Sequence record: SRR31156797_464
Reading direction: 5' to 3' (one strand)
DNA length: 46,103 bases
Part shown: positions 18,847 through 27,321 of the stretch, piece after piece
How the letters are laid out: every line of letters begins with the position of its first letter
Numbering within the stretch: the stretch's first letter is position 1
The notes under the pieces: generated by a model
Seen by the model: the letters and a program-made list of their open reading frames with translations, nothing else
Databases searched by the model: none
What the model was told of the DNA's origin: nothing
Program-made: the position numbers and the translations under genes

Positions 18847-19734
18847 GTGAACGAATTTCAATTTTTCATGCAGTTTCTGATGAGCGGTCTTTCCATGGGC
18901 TCCATCTATGCGCTCGTGGCATTGGGATTTGTCCTGATCTATAAATCCACCTCCATCCTAAATCTGGCCCAGGGCGAGTTCCTCATGGTGGGTGCCTATT
19001 TCTGCCTCTCCCTGACCCTCGATTTCGGCCTCGGTTTCGTGGCGTCTTTTCTGCTCACCCTTGTGTTTTCCGTTATTTTAGGTCTCGCCGTGGAGCGCCT
19101 GGTGCTCCGGCCCCTAATCGGAGAGCCCATTATTTCGGTCATCATGGTGACTTTGGGTCTCACCTACATCATGCGGGGCCTTGTGATCATGATATGGGGG
19201 AACGACATTCGACAGTTCAACATTTTTCCAGCTGAGCCTATCGATTTCTGGGGGGTAAAACTCACCTACCTCTACCTTTACAGTATGGGGATTTCCTTTG
19301 CGCTACTCATCTTTTTCGCCGTCTTTTTCAAATATGCCCGCACCGGCGTTTTCATGCGGGCCGTTGCGGATCACCAAACCGCGGCCCAGAGCATGGGCAT
19401 TTCCGTGAAAAAGGTTTTCGCCATGAGCTGGTGCATCGCAGCGGTGGTATCCTCCATCGGCGGCATCCTGGTGGGAAATATCGCGGGCGTGGGCGTGGAT
19501 CTAAGCTACATCGGCCTCAAGGTTCTACCGGCGGTGATCCTGGGGGGCCTGGACAGTATCCTGGGGGCCATTATCGGCGGGCTCATCGTGGGGGTTCTGG
19601 AATTTCTTTCAGCGGGCTATCTGGATCCCTATATTCCGGCCATAAACGAGGTTTTCCCCTTTATCGTGCTGGTTCTGGTTTTGATGATCAAACCTTACGG
19701 TCTCTTCGGTATCGAAGAGATCGAAAGGGTTTAA
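18847..19734 (+). CDS. Liv-type ABC permease, LivH-like
   Basis: GSIYALVALGFVLIY, NLAQGE, GGLDS and KPYGLFG; GTG start at 18847 after GGGAGG. Confidence 0.92.
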   Translation: MNEFQFFMQFLMSGLSMGSIYALVALGFVLIYKSTSILNLAQGEFLMVGAYFCLSLTLDFGLGFVASFLLTLVFSVILGLAVERLVLRPLIGEPIISVIMVTLGLTYIMRGLVIMIWGNDIRQFNIFPAEPIDFWGVKLTYLYLYSMGISFALLIFFAVFFKYARTGVFMRAVADHQTAAQSMGISVKKVFAMSWCIAAVVSSIGGILVGNIAGVGVDLSYIGLKVLPAVILGGLDSILGAIIGGLIVGVLEFLSAGYLDPYIPAINEVFPFIVLVLVLMIKPYGLFGIEEIERV

Positions 19735-19757
19735 CGAACAAACGAGATAGGTAAATT

Positions 19758-20801
19758 ATGCCGGCCGGATTATTTCATGAAAATTACGGAAGCGATGAGC
19801 GCATTTTTCAGACCTGGTTTGTCAAGGCATGGTTGATGGCATTCCTGATCGCCTGTGCCCTCTTTCCACTGGTGGCTTCCAAGTACATGGTATCCATTCT
19901 GACGGAAGCCGGCATTGCCATAATTGCGTGCCACGGGCTCAATGTCTTGACCGGGTTTACCGGGCAGATTTCCCTGGGGCATGCCGCTTTCCTGGGGGTG
20001 GGGGCCTACACCTGCACCATCCTGATCGGACAGGCGGGTATCCCCTTTATTGCGGCGCTTCCCCTGTCCGGCGTCATGGCGGCCATGGTGGGAATGATAT
20101 TCGGCATTCCCTCCCTGAGACTGAGGGGGCTTTATCTGGCCATCGCCACCATCGCGGCCCAGTTCATTATCGAGTTTGTCATCCGACGGTGGGACAATTT
20201 GACCGGGGGGGTGGAAGGCCTGTTTGTGGATCCCGGGACCATGGGACCCATATCGTTTGATAATCACATCCATTTGTACTATCTGACGTTCATTCTGGCC
20301 GTGGCTGCCACCATGGCCGTCAAGAACATGGTTCGGGCCCGTTCGGGAAGGGCCTTCGTTGCCATTCGTGACCGATATCTGGCAGCGGAAGTCATCGGGG
20401 TGCACGTGTTCAAGTATCGGCTCATGAGTTTTGCGGTATCTTCTTTTTTTGCGGGTATTGCCGGCGCCCTCATGGCCCAGTACCTGCAAGTGATTACCCA
20501 TGAGTCATTTACCATCCACCAGTCCATTGACTACCTGGCCATGTGCATTATCGGGGGGTTGGGTCATATCCTGGGGGGAATATTCGGGGTGGGGTTCTGG
20601 TTTATTCTGGAAAGGCTTCTCGAAGTGGTGACGACCGGCCTCAATACCGCTTTTCCGGACCATGTGACCTGGTTTGTGTCCATCAGAGAGGTGGTTTTCG
20701 GCTGCGTCATTGTCCTGTTTCTCATTTTTGAACCGGATGGACTGGCGGCCAGGTGGCGTACCATTCGCGCTTATTGGAAACTGTGGCCTTTTTCATATTA
20801 A
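19758..20801 (+). CDS. Liv-type ABC permease, LivM-like
   Basis: GLNVLTGFTGQISLGHAAF, LRLRGLYLAIAT, GRAFVAIRD and EPDGL motifs. Confidence 0.92.
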   Translation: MPAGLFHENYGSDERIFQTWFVKAWLMAFLIACALFPLVASKYMVSILTEAGIAIIACHGLNVLTGFTGQISLGHAAFLGVGAYTCTILIGQAGIPFIAALPLSGVMAAMVGMIFGIPSLRLRGLYLAIATIAAQFIIEFVIRRWDNLTGGVEGLFVDPGTMGPISFDNHIHLYYLTFILAVAATMAVKNMVRARSGRAFVAIRDRYLAAEVIGVHVFKYRLMSFAVSSFFAGIAGALMAQYLQVITHESFTIHQSIDYLAMCIIGGLGHILGGIFGVGFWFILERLLEVVTTGLNTAFPDHVTWFVSIREVVFGCVIVLFLIFEPDGLAARWRTIRAYWKLWPFSY

Positions 20802-20840
20802 GGCCAAAATGTTAACCCAAAAGATTTAAGGAGAAAAGTC

Positions 20841-22040
20841 ATGAAGAAAAGGACGATTGCATTTGCAGTGCTGGCCATGTTTTTCTGTATGGGTGTTTGG
20901 GTGACCAACGCCGTCTCCGCCGACAAAATCAAATGGGGGGTGTTGATCGACCTCTCCGGTCCCACATCGGACTGGGGAAAGAATCAGGTCAAGGGCCAGT
21001 TGGACGCGGCCCGCTGGGTTAATGAAAACGGCGGCATCAACGGCAAGAAACTGGAGTTGATCGTTATTGACGACGGCTACAAGGTTCCCCGGGGGGTGGC
21101 GGGTTACAACCGTCTGGTGGATTCCGAAAAAGTGTTGGGACTTTATATTCAGTCCACGGGCACCACCATGACCCTGATTAAGAAGATCGTGAAAGACGGT
21201 GTGGTGACCATTGCCGCCTCTTTTACATCCAAATTTCAGAATCCGGCCAAAACACCGTTCAGCTTCTTTGTTTCTCCTTCTTACGGCACCATGGGGAGGA
21301 TCGCCATCAAATGGATTCGGGATTCCTGGAAAGATAAAAGCCGAAATCCGAAACTGTGCTTTCTTTATCCGGATAATAAATATGGGCGGGACATCCTCAA
21401 TGTGTGTAAAGACTATGCCAAGAAAATCGGCGTGGATGTGGGGCCGGACCAGATTATCAACTGGCCCACCAAAGACGCTACGCCCCAGCTCATGAACATG
21501 AAGCGATACAACCCGGACTATGCGTATATTACGTCCACGGCCATGAACGGCGCCGTCATTCTCAAAAATGCAAAGGCACTGGGGATCAAAACCAAGTTTA
21601 TCTCCAATATTCGAAATTTTGAGGAAACCCTCATTACACTCAGCGGCGGCGCCGCCAACGGCACCTACGGGGTCCACCCCATTGCCCCCTACGGCGCCCA
21701 GGTTCCGGGCATGAAGAAGGTGGTTGAGTGCAATGAGAAGTGGCACAAGGGAGAAATGGGCACCAATGTGTATGTGGAAGGCTGGGTCAACATCCTGGCC
21801 GTAACCAATGCCCTTCGCATGGCCGATAAGGCCGGTAAATTGACGCCCGTGGGCATTCGGGAAGCCTTTGAGCAGTTCAAGGGGTTCGAAACCGGCGGCT
21901 TGGCGCCCCCTTTGACGTTTACCAAGACCGATCACCGGGCAAGTATGGCCGCCAAAATCTATGAAGTGAAGAACGACAAGATTGAGGCCATTACCAGTTG
22001 GATCGACCTGCCCAGGGACAAGACCTATTTCGGTAAATAG
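20841..22040 (+). CDS. Liv-type ABC substrate-binding protein
   Basis: Signal peptide, DLSGP and GGINGKKLELIVIDDGY motifs; AAGGAG RBS. Confidence 0.92.
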   Translation: MKKRTIAFAVLAMFFCMGVWVTNAVSADKIKWGVLIDLSGPTSDWGKNQVKGQLDAARWVNENGGINGKKLELIVIDDGYKVPRGVAGYNRLVDSEKVLGLYIQSTGTTMTLIKKIVKDGVVTIAASFTSKFQNPAKTPFSFFVSPSYGTMGRIAIKWIRDSWKDKSRNPKLCFLYPDNKYGRDILNVCKDYAKKIGVDVGPDQIINWPTKDATPQLMNMKRYNPDYAYITSTAMNGAVILKNAKALGIKTKFISNIRNFEETLITLSGGAANGTYGVHPIAPYGAQVPGMKKVVECNEKWHKGEMGTNVYVEGWVNILAVTNALRMADKAGKLTPVGIREAFEQFKGFETGGLAPPLTFTKTDHRASMAAKIYEVKNDKIEAITSWIDLPRDKTYFGK

Positions 22041-22122
22041 GGGGGTCGAGGACTTTTTCCAGGGAATGGGCGGTTGATATGCATGCATGTGGATGGTCCA
22101 TTCGGGATTTAAAGGGAAGGAT

Positions 22123-23694
22123 ATGTTCAATTTGAATCTGCCGGCCCATTTCAACGCAGCCCACTACCTGGTGGATCGCCATGTGGAGAAAGGCAGGGGA
22201 GAACGTCCGGCCATCCTTTTTGAGGATGAAACCCATACCTATGATCAGTTGCGCCGGCAGGTGAACCGGGCGGGGCATATGCTCAAGGGGTTGGGTCTTG
22301 AGATGGAAAACCGGGTGATGCTTCTGGTGCGGGATTCTCCCCAAATGGTCTTTTCATTCCTGGGCGCCATCAAGGTGGGAGCCGTACCGATTCCCACCAA
22401 TATCCTGATGAAAGCCCGGGATTTCCTCCATGTGCTCAATGACAGCCGGGCCAAGGTGTTGATCGTGGATTCGGTCTTTCTGCCCGAGATCGAAAAGATA
22501 CTGGACCGGGCCCTCTTCTGCCGGCATGTGGTGGTGATCGGCGGTGGGGACCATGGGTATCTTCGGTTTGAAGCGCTCACGGAGGATGCCCCCACGGAAA
22601 TGGATCCCGCAAACACAACCCCCGATGACGCCGCTTTCTGGCTTTACAGCGGCAGAAACCCGGAGCGTCTCATGGGGGCCGTCCATCATCACAGTCACAT
22701 GGTGTACTGTGCCGAGGCCTATGCCAAAGGAGTCCTGAATATGACGCCGGATGATCGGGTCATGGGGTCTTTTCTTTTTTTCGCCTATGGCCTGGGAAAC
22801 AGCCTTTATCACCCTTTTTCCGTGGGCGGCGCAACGGTTCTGGCCAACCACCGGCCCACACCTGATCTGGTGTACGGGGATTTGATCCGATACAAACCGA
22901 CCCTTTTTTTTACGGTGCCCACCCTTTTGGGCGCCCTGGCCGGTTACCGGAAAAAATGCCGGGAAGAAGGAAAACAACTCCCTCCCGTTGAGGGGTTGAG
23001 GGCCTGCATTTCATCGGCCGAGATCCTTTCCCCCGATGTCTACCACCGTTTCAGGGATGAATTCGGCGTGGAGATCCTGGATGGGACCGGTTCCACGGAG
23101 ATCTGTCATATTTTTCTATCCAATTTTTTCGGAGACGCCAAGCCCGGCAGTACGGGCAAGGTGGTCCCCGGTTATGAAACACGCCTTGTGGACGAGGACG
23201 GCAACCCGGCAAAGAGAGGTGAAACCGGACATTTGCTGGTGAAAGGGGGATCCATTGCATCCGCTTACTGGAACCTGCGTGAAGAGACAAAAAAAAATAT
23301 GCTGGGTGAGTGGTTTGTGACGGGCGACCGGTACCGGGTGGATGAAAGCGGATACTACTATTTCAAGGGCCGAAGCGATGACATGCTTCGGGTGGGGGGG
23401 AAATGGTTGTCCCCCATGGAGGTTGAAGGGGCCATCAATGCGCATCCCGCGGTTCTGGAGAGTGCCGTGGTGGGTTACCGGGATGAAGAGGCGCTCATCA
23501 AACCCTATGGGTTTGTGGTGCTCAACCCCGGCCAATCGATGTCTGACGCTCTGGCGGAAGAAATCAAGGGATTCGTAAAGGAGAGAATTGCCCTTTACAA
23601 ATATCCCCGCTGCATAGATTTTGTATCAAAACTTCCCAAAACATCCGGCGGGAAGGTCCAACGCTTCATCTTACAGGAAAAATTGAATACTTAG
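22123..23694 (+). CDS. Benzoate-CoA-ligase-family protein with a degenerate P-loop
   Basis: FNAA..LVDRH, AFWLYS, FFAYGLGNSL, DGTGSTEI.HIFLSN, GRSDDM and YKYPR motifs of aryl-CoA ligases; start at ATG 22123 after GGAAGG. Confidence 0.85.
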   Translation: MFNLNLPAHFNAAHYLVDRHVEKGRGERPAILFEDETHTYDQLRRQVNRAGHMLKGLGLEMENRVMLLVRDSPQMVFSFLGAIKVGAVPIPTNILMKARDFLHVLNDSRAKVLIVDSVFLPEIEKILDRALFCRHVVVIGGGDHGYLRFEALTEDAPTEMDPANTTPDDAAFWLYSGRNPERLMGAVHHHSHMVYCAEAYAKGVLNMTPDDRVMGSFLFFAYGLGNSLYHPFSVGGATVLANHRPTPDLVYGDLIRYKPTLFFTVPTLLGALAGYRKKCREEGKQLPPVEGLRACISSAEILSPDVYHRFRDEFGVEILDGTGSTEICHIFLSNFFGDAKPGSTGKVVPGYETRLVDEDGNPAKRGETGHLLVKGGSIASAYWNLREETKKNMLGEWFVTGDRYRVDESGYYYFKGRSDDMLRVGGKWLSPMEVEGAINAHPAVLESAVVGYRDEEALIKPYGFVVLNPGQSMSDALAEEIKGFVKERIALYKYPRCIDFVSKLPKTSGGKVQRFILQEKLNT

Positions 23695-23728
23695 AAAACC
23701 TTGGACCGGTAACCGAACAGGACAGATC

Positions 23729-24523
23729 ATGCTCAATGTCAATAATATCGAGGTCATCTACGATGACGTAATTCTGGTCTTGAAAGGGCTTTCCCTGGAA
23801 GTCAAGGAAGGCCAGGTGGTGGCCCTTCTGGGGGCCAATGGTGCCGGAAAGACCACGACCCTTAAGGCGATCTCGGGTCTCTTGAAAGTGGAAGACGGTG
23901 AGGTGACGGATGGTACCATAGAATTCATGGGGCAGCGCATCGATAAAAAGGAGGCCGAGGAGATTGTTCGCCTGGGTATCTTTCAGGTCATGGAAGGGCG
24001 GTGTGTGTTTGAGAACCTCACGGCCTATGAAAATCTCATGGCGGCAACCAGAACCCGCAGGAGCCGAAAAGAGATTCGGGAACGGTTTGAAACGGTTTTG
24101 GAGTATTTTCCCATTCTGAAATCCCGAAGAAATTCCCTGGCCGGTTATCTTTCCGGCGGGGAACAGCAGATGCTGGTCATCGGGAGGGCCCTCATGGCGC
24201 GAACCCGCCTCATGATGCTGGATGAACCCTCCCTGGGGTTGAGCCCCATCCTGGTGGCTGAGATTTTCAAGATTATTAAAAAGGTCAATGAGGAGCAGAA
24301 TATTACGGTATTTCTGGTGGAGCAAAACGCCCACCTGGCCCTTTCCATTGCCGAACATGGGTATGTCATGGAAAATGGGAAAGTGGTCCTGGATGACAGT
24401 GTGGATCGGCTCAGGGAAAACGAAGACATCAAAATGTTCTACCTGGGATTGACGGAGATGGGAGCGAAAAGAAGCTATCGGGATGCAAAATTTTATAAAC
24501 GAAGGAAACGTTGGCTGACGTAA
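23729..24523 (+). CDS. Liv-type ABC ATPase, LivF-like
   Basis: GANGAGKTT, LSGGEQQML, LDEPSLGL, VEQNA and FYLG motifs. Confidence 0.92.
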   Translation: MLNVNNIEVIYDDVILVLKGLSLEVKEGQVVALLGANGAGKTTTLKAISGLLKVEDGEVTDGTIEFMGQRIDKKEAEEIVRLGIFQVMEGRCVFENLTAYENLMAATRTRRSRKEIRERFETVLEYFPILKSRRNSLAGYLSGGEQQMLVIGRALMARTRLMMLDEPSLGLSPILVAEIFKIIKKVNEEQNITVFLVEQNAHLALSIAEHGYVMENGKVVLDDSVDRLRENEDIKMFYLGLTEMGAKRSYRDAKFYKRRKRWLT

Positions 24524-24609
24524 GAATTGCGGATTGCTGAGTGCGGAACGAGAGGTTCGGAATTGTCCAAAAATCAGGATACTGAAATCAGCAGTTAAGG
24601 AGGAATAAC

Positions 24610-25077
24610 ATGGCAAAAATAGGGATACTGGCGTGTGACAGTGTGACCCGGGAGATGGATTGCGTGATGATTGGGTGCCTGGGGAATGCGCGAAGCCGGG
24701 CCGGGTCATTTGAAGATTATCCGAAAGATGAACCCCTGGATCTGGTGGGTATTATTCCGTGCGGCGGCTGCCCCACGGCCGTGGGCTCGGATCGTATCTG
24801 GCAGAAGGTGAAGGCGCTGGTGGATTTCGGTATCGATTCCGTTCATTTTACCTCATGTCTGGTGCAGCTGTGTCCTTTCAAAAACGCTTTTGTGGAAACC
24901 ATCAGGCGGGATTACCCGGATCTGAAAATTGTAGAAGGGACCCATCCATTTCATGATTCAAATGCTTTCAAAACAGGGGTTAAAGAATTGTTGAGTCAGC
25001 GCATGGTGGTCCCCCAGAAAATGAATGATCTGGTATTTAAGAAGATCAAACTCCCACCAGAAGAAATTGAAAATTAG
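24610..25077 (+). CDS. CGGC-domain protein
   Basis: KIGILAC...C...C...GSF, CGGCP, HFTSC...CP and EGTH motifs; AAGGAGG RBS. Confidence 0.88.
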   Translation: MAKIGILACDSVTREMDCVMIGCLGNARSRAGSFEDYPKDEPLDLVGIIPCGGCPTAVGSDRIWQKVKALVDFGIDSVHFTSCLVQLCPFKNAFVETIRRDYPDLKIVEGTHPFHDSNAFKTGVKELLSQRMVVPQKMNDLVFKKIKLPPEEIEN

Positions 25078-25090
25078 CGGTGTCAAAAAA

Positions 25091-25203
25091 TTACCGCCGG
25101 CCGTTTGTATTTCCCTGAGAATCAGGGCAATCGCACGAAATCCAATTGAGCCCCAACACTTTCAGCAGATCGTCATTATCCCATCCGGTGACTTTTCAGA
25201 CAT
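25091..25203 (-). pseudogene. Possible frameshifted small-gene remnant
   Basis: AAAGGAGG RBS and ATG at 25203, TGA after 13 codons; adding one A to the A4 run would give a 37-aa ORF ending at TAA 25091. Confidence 0.3.
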
Positions 25204-25413
25204 TGGTGCCTCCTTTCAAACGTGTATACAATAAGCCACCCCATTATCTCCCCTCAAAATCATTTTGTTCAGCACTATTTCATGTGATACCCCTGTATCC
25301 TCGCAGGAAAAATATTTTATTTTGGATGGCTATGTGGTATGCTTTAGGGTTTGAAATAGAAGAAGAATAAAGATCCGGCCCAAACCGGGTTGTTTATTAA
25401 GGAGAATAGCTAA

Positions 25414-27285
25414 ATGGGGCGTTTTGATGAGTTTGAACTCACCTTAAAAAAAATAAGTGATTTCCCGTTGACCTATCAGACTTTCATACCGGATGAATGT
25501 GATTATTTTCAGGATGTTAGGCGTTACCAGAGCGTCAGTAACCATCTGGATGTCAGGGTCATCAAGGTGAACGGTCGCATAGAGGTTGAACCGGATCTGG
25601 AACCTGTGCCCATATCAAAGCTGACCGCGGCGGAAAAAAAAGATTTAGTCGATTATCTTAAAATCCGGGTGGGCAGGGGAGATAATATCGGATACGCCTG
25701 GGCTTTTTTCAGGTCAAAGGAAAAGAAAAAACCCGTGGTTGCCTATGGTGCCAATGTAGTGCACAGTAATGCAGCGATTGGACATGAGCGGATCATGCGC
25801 TTTCTGGGCCAATTGCAGAAAACAAAATTCCGAAACCGGTTTCAAAGGCGCTGGGTTTACTGGATGGCCCTGGCGGTAATTATTGCAGGCCTTATTTTCG
25901 CCGGTATGAAATACGGCCATCTGTTGAAACAATTTCCATTTAAAAAGTTTAGCAACCAGCTGGGGCCAACGCCGGAAATGAACTTTTACCAAAGCATTTT
26001 TCCCGTGGTATTCGAATGGTCTCAGGATGATGAATCACCAAAACATAAAATTGCAATGGACCTGCTGAAACCGGAATATGTTTCAGGCATTATGGGAGCC
26101 ATGGATACGGATTTCCACAGGGTAGGGGATAATAAAGACCGAAACAGGGGAAAGCGCCTGGTGCTGTTTGTCTACTTTAATTATAATAATGAGGTGACAA
26201 CAGCCATTGATCGTTATAAATCCCAATTGCAGGGTACTGAATTTATGAGACTGGCAAGGATTTACTCCTGCCGGCAGTCTGGATTCGCCAGCAATATTTT
26301 CTACTTCAAAGTGGGAGACCTGGACATCAAGCATTCGGATATTTCCAAATTCATGGCCCGGAATATGATTACCTACCGGGATTTTAATAAAATTCGGGAT
26401 TCCCATACCTTTTCAGAGCTCATGAAAAAGGATGGTGTCAGCTATAAAATGAGAAGCTTTCTTGAAGATGTCTACACGTTTACCCCCCTGCGCATTGAAA
26501 AACCCATAGAGGCGGCGGAATGGTATTTGCTGACCCGGAAGGACAAAAGCGGAACCCCTGATTTTGCGGCATTTTTCCACCAGGACAATGCGACCCTCGT
26601 CCCCAAACGTATCAGTGAGATGCTTCTTGGCAGCAAGGTCGACGAGGGGATTACCTGGTATGCCGTAACGGATGAGCAGGCAAAAAAGCTTAAATTATCC
26701 GCAAATGCCCTGACCTATTTTACAAAAACGTCCGGACAGTCCCTGAAGCTGGATGTCATTAAAAATAAAATCGAGGAACTTGGACTTCAGCCTCTGGAAA
26801 AGAACCTTTCCGTGGAAATTCACCGGGAATTGTTCATGGGAGATAGAAAAGGGAAATACGGTATCCAGACCTATGACCCGTTGACCAGTTTGGTGCTTTC
26901 CAATTTGATTACCAAGTCTTCTTTTCAACGGGAGCACAATGTTTCCCTGAAACGGGATCCGATACAGATGAATACCACCCTGGTTCAGTTGTCTAAGGAT
27001 GACAGCTTTTCCGTCCAGTCGGTAACCATTACACCCGGCACCACGGGAATTATCCGTATGTTTGAGCCCAACGACCGGTTCGAGGCACGGCTCAGCAATG
27101 GAAAAGAGGTCGTATTTGAAAAAGCAACCGTCAATCTGTTTAATCCTTATACGTTCATGCTAACCAATGACTCCATCACGTTTAGTTTTCGCAACGACAT
27201 CACGGATATGGAAATTGACCTCGGGGAAAAAAAGCTTAAAATTATTAAAACCAATGACGGAAACAACCAGATAATAGAAAGATAG
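25414..27285 (+). CDS. Single-pass membrane protein of unknown function (weak SrfA-like N-terminus)
   Basis: 623 aa; AAGGAG RBS; basic stretch then TM helix WVYWMALAVIIAGLIFAGM near residue 150; first gene of a three-gene operon. Confidence 0.7.
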   Translation: MGRFDEFELTLKKISDFPLTYQTFIPDECDYFQDVRRYQSVSNHLDVRVIKVNGRIEVEPDLEPVPISKLTAAEKKDLVDYLKIRVGRGDNIGYAWAFFRSKEKKKPVVAYGANVVHSNAAIGHERIMRFLGQLQKTKFRNRFQRRWVYWMALAVIIAGLIFAGMKYGHLLKQFPFKKFSNQLGPTPEMNFYQSIFPVVFEWSQDDESPKHKIAMDLLKPEYVSGIMGAMDTDFHRVGDNKDRNRGKRLVLFVYFNYNNEVTTAIDRYKSQLQGTEFMRLARIYSCRQSGFASNIFYFKVGDLDIKHSDISKFMARNMITYRDFNKIRDSHTFSELMKKDGVSYKMRSFLEDVYTFTPLRIEKPIEAAEWYLLTRKDKSGTPDFAAFFHQDNATLVPKRISEMLLGSKVDEGITWYAVTDEQAKKLKLSANALTYFTKTSGQSLKLDVIKNKIEELGLQPLEKNLSVEIHRELFMGDRKGKYGIQTYDPLTSLVLSNLITKSSFQREHNVSLKRDPIQMNTTLVQLSKDDSFSVQSVTITPGTTGIIRMFEPNDRFEARLSNGKEVVFEKATVNLFNPYTFMLTNDSITFSFRNDITDMEIDLGEKKLKIIKTNDGNNQIIER

Positions 27286-27321
27286 ACATAAGACAGACGT
27301 TTAAGGAGTAAAATTAATTAT

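Noticed and set aside
20826-22154. 442-aa minus-strand ORF opposite the substrate-binding protein
   Set aside because: Antisense shadow with no recognisable domain
24524-24570. Degenerate TTGCGGA-like short repeats after livF
   Set aside because: Only two or three imperfect copies; not a CRISPR array or a definable repeat family
25327-25343. Sigma54-like TGGC...TGC upstream of the Srf-like operon
   Set aside because: GG-to-GC spacing is 11 nt rather than the required 10; an extended -10 (TGnTATGCT) is as likely but unsupported
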